Source of the DNA: an uncultured Eubacteriales bacterium
Lineage (GTDB): Bacteria; Acidobacteriota; Aminicenantia; Aminicenantales; Aminicenantaceae
NCBI GenBank assembly: GCA_964348015.1
Contig: CAYGBC010000050.1
Location: 261,001-325,000, forward strand
Length of the DNA: 64,000 bases
Direction: 5' to 3'
In this document: positions 1 to 9,175 of the stretch, in pieces
How the letters are laid out: each line of letters begins with the position of its first letter
Numbering within the stretch: the stretch's first letter is position 1
The notes under the pieces: generated by a model
Seen by the model: only the letters and a program-made list of their open reading frames with translations
The model's database searches: none
What the model was told of the DNA's origin: nothing
Translations under genes and position numbers: made by a program

Positions 1-843
1 GGCATCTATCTGGCTAAAAACGGGAAAAGAGTCTTGTTGATCGATGTGGATATCGGAGGAGCCAACCTTCATTCTTTTCTAGGAATAAACAGGCCCAGAA
101 AATCTCTGACAAACTTTTTTGAGATGGGCATTCCTCTTTCTAAGCTTGCGGTGAATACGGGTGTGGACAACATGTCTCTGATAACAGGCGATGTGCATTC
201 CCTCGCTTCAGATAATATTAAATTCACTCAAAAACTCAAGCTGTTCAGACACATAATGAAACTCAAAAGGGAGTATATCTTGATTGATTTGGGGGGAGGG
301 AGCCATAACAACACGATTGACACTTTTTTGATGGCGGACAAGAAGATCGCTGTGCTCGAGCCGGAGATAATCGCCATCGAGAATATGTACCATTTTATAA
401 AAAATGCTTTGTTCAGAAAAATAAAAATGTCTTTGAGGACCTACGGTTTCAAAGAGATCGTCGAGCACATGTGGGAACAAAGAGAAAAGTATCGGATTAA
501 GAGCCTGAAGGAACTCATCGAAAGTCTTAAAGAGAGCTTCACGCATTTAGGAGATATTCTGGATAAAGAGTTGTCTGATTTCAAGATATATCTGGTGTTG
601 AATAAGATTCGAAGCAGCCAGGATATTCTTATTGGGTCCTCGATGAAGAGCATCTTTAATAAATATTTAGGAATTAACGCCCAGTTCGCCGGGTATATCG
701 AGTATGACGATGCTGTCTGGCGGTCTATTCGGGAGAGACGGCCGCTGATGGTGAATTATTCGCTCTCGCGGGTGGCTAAGGAAATAGGAGCATTCACTGA
801 AAACCTTATTCATGAGAGAGAAATGAAGGTGTCAAGAAGTTAG
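1..843 (+). CDS. MinD/FlhG(FleN)-like ParA-family ATPase, 5'-truncated by the window edge
   Basis: Frame is open from base 1 (GIYLAKNGKRVLLIDVDIGGANLHSFLG). Contains the DxDxGGANLH motif, the ILIDLGGG switch-II region and the C-terminal LNK..GYIEYDDAVWRS segment typical of MinD/FlhG proteins. Walker A would lie upstream of the window. Confidence 0.85.
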   Translation, partial: GIYLAKNGKRVLLIDVDIGGANLHSFLGINRPRKSLTNFFEMGIPLSKLAVNTGVDNMSLITGDVHSLASDNIKFTQKLKLFRHIMKLKREYILIDLGGGSHNNTIDTFLMADKKIAVLEPEIIAIENMYHFIKNALFRKIKMSLRTYGFKEIVEHMWEQREKYRIKSLKELIESLKESFTHLGDILDKELSDFKIYLVLNKIRSSQDILIGSSMKSIFNKYLGINAQFAGYIEYDDAVWRSIRERRPLMVNYSLSRVAKEIGAFTENLIHEREMKVSRS

Positions 844-845
844 TC

Positions 846-1406
846 ATGACGGATAAAAAACTCAAAAAGTATTATGATGTTCTCGAGATCTCCCCGGATG
901 CATCCGTGTTAGAGATCAGGAATGCCTATCTTCGCTTGAAAAAGCTGTACTCTACAGATTCTGTCGTGATGTCTCCAATTGCGGATGAATTCTCGAAGAA
1001 AGAGAGACAGGAAATCCTTCTGAACGTCGAGGAAGCTTTTGGCAAACTGATGGAGAATTTGAAGAGCAGGTATAGCGACCACAACCGTCATGCACGGCTT
1101 AAACCTTCCGCCGGCGACCCGGAAGTCGAGAAAGACGAAGATATCTTCTATTCCGGACCGGAATTGAAGAAGATCAGGGAGAAATTAGGCATCCCGTTAT
1201 TCGAAGTATCGCTCGATACAAAGATCCGGATGGAACTTCTGAAGAGTATCGAACACGAAAGATTTGAGGCTCTCCCTCCAGGGATTTACCTGCGAGGCCA
1301 CTTGATCAATTATGCGAATTACCTGAGGCTCAACGCGAAAAAAGTGGCTGGAGATTATATGGAGAAGTACAAATCCTGGAAAGAAGGGAAAAAAGAAGGA
1401 AACTGA
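846..1406 (+). CDS. J-domain-like N-terminus plus RodZ-type helix-turn-helix (HTH_25)
   Basis: YYDVLEISPDASVLEIRNAYLRLKKLY resembles DnaJ helices I-II, but HPD reads STD. The C-terminal GPELKKIREKLGIPLFEVSLDTKIR..IEHERFEALPPGIYLRGHLINYANYLRLN is RodZ-like HTH. Confidence 0.8.
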   Translation: MTDKKLKKYYDVLEISPDASVLEIRNAYLRLKKLYSTDSVVMSPIADEFSKKERQEILLNVEEAFGKLMENLKSRYSDHNRHARLKPSAGDPEVEKDEDIFYSGPELKKIREKLGIPLFEVSLDTKIRMELLKSIEHERFEALPPGIYLRGHLINYANYLRLNAKKVAGDYMEKYKSWKEGKKEGN

Positions 1407-1439
1407 GTCCAGTCAGTTCCTTTGTGGAAAACGTGACTG

Positions 1440-1790
1440 TTAATGATCGGATGCGGTTCCCAGCTCTGACTCCAACTTTTCCATGATGGAGGGGGGAACA
1501 TGGATGAATTCGAGACCAAACTCGTAAATGAAGTCTGAATCTTTGGGATAGGCATCCACCCAGGCGACTCTTGCCAGCACAACAGTTTTGTGCCCATCAG
1601 AAAAAGAGAGTTCAATATTCACCGTTTCTCCCTTTTTGAAATGAGTATTGCTGAAGATACGCATTCCCCCGAGGCTGAGTTTGGGCACCAGATGTTTTTG
1701 CCCTATGACTTTAGTCGGTCTGTAATGCACGTTGGCCTTGGCCCGTGGATGCCGACGTTTTGTGTGCACGCTGTCGTTGGATCCAGTCAT
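1440..1790 (-). CDS. PilZ domain protein
   Basis: RRHPR (RxxxR) motif, then LSLGGMRI and ARVAWV..YEFGLEF, the PilZ signature. Confidence 0.85.
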   Translation of the reverse strand: MTGSNDSVHTKRRHPRAKANVHYRPTKVIGQKHLVPKLSLGGMRIFSNTHFKKGETVNIELSFSDGHKTVVLARVAWVDAYPKDSDFIYEFGLEFIHVPPSIMEKLESELGTASDH

Positions 1791-2013
1791 GATTTTCTCT
1801 TCCTTGGTCGTTTTTGGACATCTATTTCCAATGCAGTATATGGATGGAGGAAATGGTTGTCAAGAAATTCTTGCACTGAACGGAATTCTTTTGAGTTTTC
1901 ATGTCCGACATGATTTTTTTGAGATTTTTTTGTTTTTCTCTCCGTCATTTAAAAGTCAGGCCCAAGAACGTCCGGGTTTATGCTGGGGATCGCTTGACTT
2001 GAAATAAAGCGGG

Positions 2014-2373
2014 ATGAACAGTAAGAAAAGTGAACAGGAGAGAAACGAACAAAGACTTTTTCTGACTGCGTCCGCTGCGCTCAGAATGGCTCTGGAAGAT
2101 GCGAAGACGGCTCAGTTCATTCAAACGAGTTTCTCCGATCCCCAGGAGAGACCGAACATCCTGTCCAGGACAAGATTATCCCGGAAGAATCAACACTGCT
2201 GTTGGATTGTGGAGATTAAAGAAGAAATTTATCTTTCTCTCGACGGGAAGAGTGGATTGAGAAACATCGCGAGGATCGAGATTGACCCATGTAAAGGAGA
2301 GATAGTCAGACGTTTATTCCTCAAATATATTCTTGAAGATGAATACAGGACGATACTCAGGGAAAAGGACTAA
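2014..2373 (+). CDS. Hypothetical protein (weak PepSY-like C-terminus)
   Basis: 119-aa ORF with ATG filling the gap before the miaB end. The WIVEI..ARIEIDPCKGEIV pattern is only weakly PepSY-like. Confidence 0.55.
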   Translation: MNSKKSEQERNEQRLFLTASAALRMALEDAKTAQFIQTSFSDPQERPNILSRTRLSRKNQHCCWIVEIKEEIYLSLDGKSGLRNIARIEIDPCKGEIVRRLFLKYILEDEYRTILREKD

Positions 2374-2385
2374 ACATTCCGTCTT

Positions 2386-3711
2386 CTATACGGCTTCGCC
2401 GATGAGGCTGTAAGGGCCGCAGGACGTGATGTGGACATTCACAAACCGGCCAGTGAAGTCTTCTGAAGCTTGGAAATTGACCACCTGATAGCCTTGATTC
2501 CGCCCGCTGGAGACCTGGGGATCTTTTTTGCTCCTGCCGAGACAGAGGACTTTCATGGTTTTTCCGATCAATGATGTGTTGAATTCAACCTGAATATTTT
2601 TCTGGAGTGTCTGCACCTGGATAAGCCTTTTTTTCTTTTCATCGAACAGAACGCTGTCTTTTTGGTTTGATGCGGCCGTTTGGGGGCGAGGGGAGTAGTG
2701 AAACGAGAATATGTTGGTGAACCGGACGTCATCCAGAACGCTCAGTGTTTCCTGGAATTCTTTCTCTGTTTCACCGGGATAGCCGACAATGATATCTGTG
2801 CTCAGGCTGATATCCGGCATCAAGCGGCGCAGCATGCGGATTATCTCGAGGTATTCTTCTCTCGAGTAGCCTCTGTTCATGCGTTTCAGGACGCTTGACG
2901 AGCCAGACTGGATGGGGAGGTGAAGCTGACGGCATACTTTATCTGAGCCGGCCATTGTCTCCGCGATATCTCGACTGAAATTCTTCGGGTGGGACGTGAT
3001 AAACCGGATCCATTCGATCCCATCCACTTGATCCACCTCTTCCAGCAGTATGGAAAAACTCTTTCCACTTTCAGGATCACAGTAGGAATTCACATTCTGA
3101 CCCAGAAGCTGGATTTCTTTATAGCCTTTCCGGGCCAAATCCCGGACTTCCTGGAGAATGGCCTTCATAGGTCTGAATTTCTCTCTTCCTCGAGTGTAGG
3201 GAACAATGCAGTAGGAGCAGAAGTTGTTGCAGCCTTCCATTATAGTCACGTAGGCGCTGACCCTGGATTCCCGGAAGATTTGTTCAAACGGAAAATCTTG
3301 GAAAATCTGGCTCCAGCTTGTGGAGATGATCTTTTCCTCGCGATTGCTGCGCACGATCTCGGAAAGAGCGCTGTAATTATCCGGCCCTATGATGAAATCC
3401 ACAAACGGTTTTCGTTCCAGGATCTCTGATTTGTAGAGCTGCGCCACGCATCCCACAACTCCGACAGTCACGTTTTTTCTTTTTTTGATCGAGGCCAACC
3501 GGCCCAAATAGGAGTAAAGCTTTTCTTCTGATTTTTTTCGGACGGCACAAGTGTTGATGATGATCAGGTCGCTCTTTTCCAGAGAAGTGGACGGTTTCGC
3601 GCCCTCAGAGGTCAAGATGCCAGCAATGCGCTCTGAGTCATTCACATTCATCTGGCACCCAAACGTGCGGATGTGAAATTTCATGTTTCTCAAGTCACCC
3701 GTTTTTTTCAT
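2386..3711 (-). CDS. miaB: tRNA-2-methylthio-N6-dimethylallyladenosine synthase MiaB (alternative start 3684)
   Basis: TFGCQMNVNDSE, NTCAVRKKSEEK, VGCVAQ, radical-SAM motif EGCNNFCSYCIVPYTRGRE, and a C-terminal TRAM domain. Confidence 0.95.
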   Translation of the reverse strand: MKKTGDLRNMKFHIRTFGCQMNVNDSERIAGILTSEGAKPSTSLEKSDLIIINTCAVRKKSEEKLYSYLGRLASIKKRKNVTVGVVGCVAQLYKSEILERKPFVDFIIGPDNYSALSEIVRSNREEKIISTSWSQIFQDFPFEQIFRESRVSAYVTIMEGCNNFCSYCIVPYTRGREKFRPMKAILQEVRDLARKGYKEIQLLGQNVNSYCDPESGKSFSILLEEVDQVDGIEWIRFITSHPKNFSRDIAETMAGSDKVCRQLHLPIQSGSSSVLKRMNRGYSREEYLEIIRMLRRLMPDISLSTDIIVGYPGETEKEFQETLSVLDDVRFTNIFSFHYSPRPQTAASNQKDSVLFDEKKKRLIQVQTLQKNIQVEFNTSLIGKTMKVLCLGRSKKDPQVSSGRNQGYQVVNFQASEDFTGRFVNVHITSCGPYSLIGEAV

Positions 3712-3871
3712 CGTGTTTTCCTGCGTGCACTCTTAGACACATAACTATATTACAATCTTTGCACCATGAAAAGGAGGTTGAGAATCAGATTAAGCAAAAT
3801 GGGGATGTCTTTCCCGAGGAATGTTTAAAGATTCTTAACACCGGAAATGGGTTTCTCCGGGAAGGAACAGA

Positions 3872-4306
3872 TCATAAAATATCTTTAATGATTTTGGCTG
3901 CACTCTGGACAAATTCCGGGCAGATTGTATCGAAAAGCTTTTTTTCTTCTGAGATCTTCATGCCCTCAGGGGTGCTGATGTCGTACCCCAAGAGCTCCCT
4001 GCATATAACCGAGCCATTCTGTATCTTGAATAGGGACATGAATTCTTTTGCCAATTCATACGTTTTTTCCTTGGCCTCTTGGTCTTCGGATTTGATCTTC
4101 CCGTGTTTGAGTCCGATCACCATCAGTGCTCCGCTCACGGCCCCACACATTTGGCCTGTTCGGGCGATCCCGCCGCCGAAGGCCTGGGCGATCTTGAGCG
4201 CCTTTTTGCGTCTCAGCCCGAACCTCTTCGAGAAGCTCGAAAGTATAGCTTGAGAGCAGTTGAATCCCTCCTGAAAACAAGACACGGCGTGTTCGATCTG
4301 ATTCAT
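3872..4306 (-). CDS. C_GCAxxG_C_C family putative redox protein
   Basis: FNCSQA, FGGGIARTGQMCGAVSGA, SVICRELLG and ICPEFV motifs. Start moved to ATG 4306, which follows an AGAGGAG RBS. Confidence 0.9.
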   Translation of the reverse strand: MNQIEHAVSCFQEGFNCSQAILSSFSKRFGLRRKKALKIAQAFGGGIARTGQMCGAVSGALMVIGLKHGKIKSEDQEAKEKTYELAKEFMSLFKIQNGSVICRELLGYDISTPEGMKISEEKKLFDTICPEFVQSAAKIIKDIL

Positions 4307-4428
4307 GATGCATCTCCTCTCATCTCTGAATGAGTCTGAAAAAAACCGAATGGTTATCTCTTGATCAGCCTTTCTTTCAAAAACATGCCTTTTTTGCCTG
4401 AACAGTGTTATATAGGAACGGTTAAAGA

Positions 4429-6117
4429 TCACGCGGGGCTCTTGTCAAGGTTGTGGCCGAGCATTTCTCGGGCATTCTTGAGAGTTGTCTCGGTGATCCG
4501 GGTTCCTGAGAGGAGCCGGGCGATTTCTGTCACTCTCTCTTCGAAGGAGAGCTTTTTAACAGATGTGAACGTGCGTTCCTTATCGATTTTCTTGTCTATC
4601 TTGTAGTGATGAGTGGCAAATGAGGCAATCTGGGGAAGGTGAGTGATGCAAATGACCTGATGTGTCCGGGACAATTGTCTAAGTTTCTGAGCGACAAATT
4701 CAGCCGTTTTTCCCCCGATGCCGGAATCGATCTCGTCGAAGATCATGGTTTTGAATGTATCGGTCTCTTCGCTGATGGTTTTGAGGGCAAGCATGACTCT
4801 GGACAGCTCTCCTCCTGAAGCCACCTTTCGCAAGGGCCGCAGATCCTCTCCGGGGTTGGGGCTTATCAGGAATTCCACTTCTTCCGTTCCGCTCTCTTTC
4901 ACGCTCTCGACGGATTCGGGATTGGGCGGAGTGGTTTCGACATTTATCTTGAACCGGGCTTTTTTCATCCCCAAGAGGCTGATTTCTTTCTCAACCTCTT
5001 TCTCGAGTTTCACGGCATTCTTTTTTCTTATGCCAGAGAGTTTTTCTGCATCGGATTTGTATGCATTGAAAATTTTCTGGATTTCTTTATCCAAATCTTC
5101 CAACTTCTCCTGGCTTGTGCTGAGATCTTCGTACTCCTGCTTCGCTGTTTCCAGGTGAGACAGGATCTCTTCGACAGTGCGTCCGTATTTTCTTTTGAGC
5201 TTCTCGATCAGGCTCAATCGTTCTTCAAGTTCTTCTAATCTTTCTGGGGCGGCCTCCTGCTTCTGTTGGAACTTGAGAAGGAAATCGGAAAACTCTTGGA
5301 TGGTGATCGAAAACTGATTGATGGCGTCCTCTGCCTCTTTGAATGTTTTATCGAAGTCCACGAGGTGGTGGACAGTATTCTGGAGCTGCGCGAGGAGCGA
5401 AGATATGGAATCTTCCTGGCTGTAGGAGATGTTGAGAGCGCTTTCCACAAGCGAGCCGATCTTTTCTGCATTTTTAAGGATATTCCGCATGTTTCGGAGT
5501 TCTTCCTCCTCTCCGGTTTTGAGCTGGGCACTTTCAATCTCTTTGATCTGGAATTGCAGGAAATCGAGACGCTGTTCTCTTTCTTTTTGTTTCTCTTCGA
5601 GGGCTGTTTTTTCTTTGAGGATTTTTCTCAGTTCTCGAGCCAGACGGGAAACATCTTTTTTCAGCGCAGAGGCCCCGGAAAAATTATCGAGATAATTGAG
5701 CTGATATTCGAGGTTGAGGAGGAAGACATGGTCGTTCTGACCGTAAATGTCGACAAGCTTGACTCCCATTTCCTTGAGCTTTCGGCTGGGAACAAGAACG
5801 CCGTTAACGTAGGCCTTTCCCGCTCCCTTGGCGCGGACCTTTCTTTGCACGAACATTTCTTCTTCTTGTTCGGCAAAAAATTCTTTATAGTCCTCAATGG
5901 CGTGATGCAAAGGGAAAATGACTTCAACGGATGTCTCCTTTTTCCCCGTGCGGATCTTATCTGGAGAGCTTTTCTCTCCGAGGACGAGTCTGATTCCGTC
6001 TATGATGATGGATTTTCCGGCTCCCGTCTCTCCCGTGAGGATAGTGAATCCGTCCTGCAGAGGGAGTTCAACCTCTTCAATCGTGGCGAGATTTTTTATA
6101 TGGAGAGATCTTATCAT
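4429..6117 (-). CDS. recN: DNA repair protein RecN
   Basis: Walker A LTGETGAGKSII, IYGQNDH Q-loop, long coiled coil, ASGGELSRVMLAL signature, FDEIDSGIGG and ITHLPQIA. Confidence 0.97.
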   Translation of the reverse strand: MIRSLHIKNLATIEEVELPLQDGFTILTGETGAGKSIIIDGIRLVLGEKSSPDKIRTGKKETSVEVIFPLHHAIEDYKEFFAEQEEEMFVQRKVRAKGAGKAYVNGVLVPSRKLKEMGVKLVDIYGQNDHVFLLNLEYQLNYLDNFSGASALKKDVSRLARELRKILKEKTALEEKQKEREQRLDFLQFQIKEIESAQLKTGEEEELRNMRNILKNAEKIGSLVESALNISYSQEDSISSLLAQLQNTVHHLVDFDKTFKEAEDAINQFSITIQEFSDFLLKFQQKQEAAPERLEELEERLSLIEKLKRKYGRTVEEILSHLETAKQEYEDLSTSQEKLEDLDKEIQKIFNAYKSDAEKLSGIRKKNAVKLEKEVEKEISLLGMKKARFKINVETTPPNPESVESVKESGTEEVEFLISPNPGEDLRPLRKVASGGELSRVMLALKTISEETDTFKTMIFDEIDSGIGGKTAEFVAQKLRQLSRTHQVICITHLPQIASFATHHYKIDKKIDKERTFTSVKKLSFEERVTEIARLLSGTRITETTLKNAREMLGHNLDKSPA

Positions 6118-7487
6118 TTGTGTGGGTTCAACGCAGAAAGAATGATCGGCACCAGAGCCCGTTCCATATTGATCCGGCCGTATCCAAGATTATTATCTCT
6201 TCCTTCAAGAGTTGCGGAATTCACATCATCCGCGGTGTAGCGGATGATATTCATGATATCTTCGGCAGAAAGTTCGGGTTTTATACTCCTGATGAGAGCT
6301 GCTAGGCCAGCCACATGAGGAGTGGAGAATGAAGTTCCCGATGCCCAGCTGTAAGGAAGGAATGGTGGAGTTGTGAGAGAAGTGGGATAGAGACTCAGTA
6401 CCCAATCCCCAGGGGCGGCGACATCGATTTCAGGCCCAAAATTGGATTCCCAGGGCAGTGGATCAGTGGCGGTATTTGCAAAAGTGACTCTTTCGTCGCT
6501 TGAATTCGTCGCAGCCACAGCCATGCATTCAGGGTAAGCCGCAGGGAAGTACGTCGCGACTCCGTCGTTTCCGGCGGCGGCCACCACGACAATGCCGTTA
6601 TTGTAAGCGGTGCGTATCGCGTCTTGTTCAGATTGGGCTGCCCCGACTCCACCCAGGCTGAGGTTGATGACGTCAGCACCATTGAGAAGGGCCCAGTTGA
6701 TCCCGTCAATTTCTGTGGACACATCGGTCACGCCGGTATTGTCCAAGATTTTGATAGGTAAAATTCTGCAGTTCCATGCGACTCCGGCGATGCCTTCTCC
6801 GTTATTGGTCTCCGCGGCCGCAACTCCGGCGACGAGCGTTCCATGCCCGTGGTCATCAATCGGGTCAGGATCATCGTTGATAAAATCGTATCCGTTCGAA
6901 AGAAGCTTGTCATCAAGGTCAGGATGGTCAAAGTCCGCCCCAGTGTCGAGAACGGCAATGATTACGGTCTCATCCCCCCGTGTCTCAACCCAGCCTTCCC
7001 TGGCCTTGATATCTGCATTCGCTGTTCCGTCTTGAGGGCTGCTCGGAGGCCCGAATTGCCCACCAGGATTGTAGAGGGCATACTGACGATTGAAATACTC
7101 ATCATTCGGAGTCACTTGAGCAAGTCGCCTGATATAGTTCGGCTCTGCGTACTCCACATCAGGATTTAGCTCGAGAAGATAGAGCATCTCCTCTACGGAG
7201 AGGTCTTCGGGGATCTGGAGATGATAGATGTCAAGGGCTGATATCTTTTTCAGTGTTGTGGATCGATACGAGACGATTGCCGCCTCTCTCCGTTCTTCTG
7301 TGACCGATGATTTAAACTTGACGAGCACTTGGCTGGAGACATACTGCACTCCCCCGGAGCTGTAGGCGTTCACCTGGTTGACGAGTATGAGGTCTTTTTG
7401 ATCGAAAGACGAATCCTGGCTTGTCTGGCACGCAGAAAGAAAGAAAGAGACAAGAATAAATCCCCATACGAATTTTTTTCCCTTCAT
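6114..7487 (-). CDS. Subtilisin-like S8 serine peptidase, lipoprotein with fervidolysin-type propeptide
   Basis: Catalytic triad motifs AVLDTG, HGHGTLVAG and GTSFSTPHVAG, oxyanion-hole AAAGND, and lipobox LSAC. Start placed at ATG 7487 after a GGAGG RBS. Confidence 0.92.
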   Translation of the reverse strand: MKGKKFVWGFILVSFFLSACQTSQDSSFDQKDLILVNQVNAYSSGGVQYVSSQVLVKFKSSVTEERREAAIVSYRSTTLKKISALDIYHLQIPEDLSVEEMLYLLELNPDVEYAEPNYIRRLAQVTPNDEYFNRQYALYNPGGQFGPPSSPQDGTANADIKAREGWVETRGDETVIIAVLDTGADFDHPDLDDKLLSNGYDFINDDPDPIDDHGHGTLVAGVAAAETNNGEGIAGVAWNCRILPIKILDNTGVTDVSTEIDGINWALLNGADVINLSLGGVGAAQSEQDAIRTAYNNGIVVVAAAGNDGVATYFPAAYPECMAVAATNSSDERVTFANTATDPLPWESNFGPEIDVAAPGDWVLSLYPTSLTTPPFLPYSWASGTSFSTPHVAGLAALIRSIKPELSAEDIMNIIRYTADDVNSATLEGRDNNLGYGRINMERALVPIILSALNPHK

Positions 7488-7503
7488 GATCGCCTCCGTG
7501 CGA

Positions 7504-8298
7504 TTAATCGAGTGTATACATGGCTTTGACCAGTATGCCAAAATCCGTTCCCTCCTTATAGGGCATAAAACTGGCTTCGGATTTGAAGCTGATGGATTCC
7601 GTGAGCTTGAAGGTGAATCCGAGTGACACGCAGAATGAACTCTCTCCGGATATCTTCTGCTCTTCTCTGCCTGTGAGGTCCTGAATGATTTCATCCATGT
7701 TGAATTTTCCCCAGAGTTTGTTGAAGTTCAGGTTGATGTAGGGGAAGAAAGTTTCATATCCTGTATAGGTGAAAATCAGCCCTACGGGAACTCTCATCCA
7801 TTTGGGCCTTCCTTCAACAGTCCCCTCCACTGCCAAGTCCGGGATTTCCCATTCTTGCTTAGAGCCGTAGTTGTAATAGAACTGGCCGAAAGCGTCCACT
7901 CTTAAGCTTTCTGAATGGACGAGTAATTTTCTGACCTCTGCACCCAGAATGAACCCTTTGAGATAGTCCTCAGGAACTTGGACAGATACAGGAAGCTCTC
8001 TGAAAGCGAGTCCCTCATAGTCAGAAGAGGAAAAGCCGATAACGGCTCTCAGGTAGAGTCCCCTCCGGAGTTCCGTTTCTATATCCAGAGTCAAGAAAAA
8101 GGATTTGAGCTTGGATGTATACTCATCATCCCAGCCTATGGTTCGTGAGAAATATTCGAATCCCAAACCGGGGCTGATGGACTCCGCGTTAAACAATCTG
8201 TGTTCCTGTTCTTGCGGTTCCAGTTCTTGTGCCGAGAGGAAACAGGTGAGAATCATCACCAATGTAGCAGATAAAAGGAAAATTTCAATTTTTTTCAT
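7504..8298 (-). CDS. Predicted outer-membrane beta-barrel protein
   Basis: Signal peptide MKKIEIFLLSATLVMILTCFLSA, then alternating amphipathic beta-strands ending in an aromatic terminal strand (GILVKAMYTLD). Start placed at ATG 8298. Confidence 0.65.
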   Translation of the reverse strand: MKKIEIFLLSATLVMILTCFLSAQELEPQEQEHRLFNAESISPGLGFEYFSRTIGWDDEYTSKLKSFFLTLDIETELRRGLYLRAVIGFSSSDYEGLAFRELPVSVQVPEDYLKGFILGAEVRKLLVHSESLRVDAFGQFYYNYGSKQEWEIPDLAVEGTVEGRPKWMRVPVGLIFTYTGYETFFPYINLNFNKLWGKFNMDEIIQDLTGREEQKISGESSFCVSLGFTFKLTESISFKSEASFMPYKEGTDFGILVKAMYTLD

Positions 8299-9160
8299 GG
8301 AAAGCTCCCGCACTTTGGCGATCCCCGTTCTTTTTTGGAGGGGCCTTTTTTTCGGCTTCTTTGATCTTCTTTTCAATTTCCTCAAGTTTCTTCTTGGCTT
8401 TTTTCGCGAATTTACTTTGGGGGTAGTCAGTGATCAACTTAGTGAAAAAGGAAGAACTCTGAGAGTAATTTTTTCCCTTGTAAAAAGACGCTCCAAGATA
8501 ATAATACACTCGTTCCAATCCGGAGTAATTGGGATAGGCTGTCAGGATTTCCCTCAACCGGATGATGGCGGCCCTGTAGCTTCCGACTTTGTAATAATGA
8601 AGCCCTATCTGAAAAGCGTGTTCGGCCAGTTTGTCTTCGCAGTCCAAGATTTTTTCCTGAGCCTCCTTGGCTTCTTCACTTGTCGGGTAATTCGTCAGCA
8701 CCTTCTTGAACTCTTCGAGGGCCTGTTGTGTTTTTGTCTGGTCTCTTCCGGGGCTGTAGATTTTTTTGTAGTACGTCATGGCGATTTGGAATTGAGCATA
8801 GGGCGCCGAAGGACTGAACGGAAAGAGATTAATGAACTCCCTGTATTCAGACGCGGCCAGAATCATATTGGCCTCATCCCTCTTTCGGAAATAAGAATCC
8901 GCGATAGCGAGTTTAGACTGTTGGGCATAAAAACTCTGTGGGAACGAGTCGATCACCTGCCTAAAATAAAGGCGGGCTCTCTCCGGGTCTTTTTTCAGGT
9001 ATTTTTCTCCTTCTCTGAACATGGTTTCAGCCGAGTTGGCCAGTTCCGGAGATATTTCTGCTTTTTTTCCTCGGCATCCTGAAACCAGCAGAATACAGAA
9101 CAGAGAAATCAGGAAGGCGCATATGATTGTATTCCATGAGCTTTTTCGTATTCCACGCAT
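8285..9160 (-). CDS. bamD: Outer membrane protein assembly factor BamD
   Basis: Lipobox SGC, TPR repeats, and the Y..FI.LFPFSPSAPYAQFQIAMTYY..RDQTKTQQALEEF..LAEHAFQIGLHYYKVGSYRAAIIR pattern. Confidence 0.92.
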   Translation of the reverse strand: MRGIRKSSWNTIICAFLISLFCILLVSGCRGKKAEISPELANSAETMFREGEKYLKKDPERARLYFRQVIDSFPQSFYAQQSKLAIADSYFRKRDEANMILAASEYREFINLFPFSPSAPYAQFQIAMTYYKKIYSPGRDQTKTQQALEEFKKVLTNYPTSEEAKEAQEKILDCEDKLAEHAFQIGLHYYKVGSYRAAIIRLREILTAYPNYSGLERVYYYLGASFYKGKNYSQSSSFFTKLITDYPQSKFAKKAKKKLEEIEKKIKEAEKKAPPKKNGDRQSAGAFHEKN

Positions 9161-9175
9161 TTTCTCTCTCCAGCT

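Noticed and set aside
5266-9082. Long antisense ORFs 5266-6240 and 8105-9082
   Set aside because: Shadows of recN and bamD/barrel on the opposite strand, with no domain motifs.
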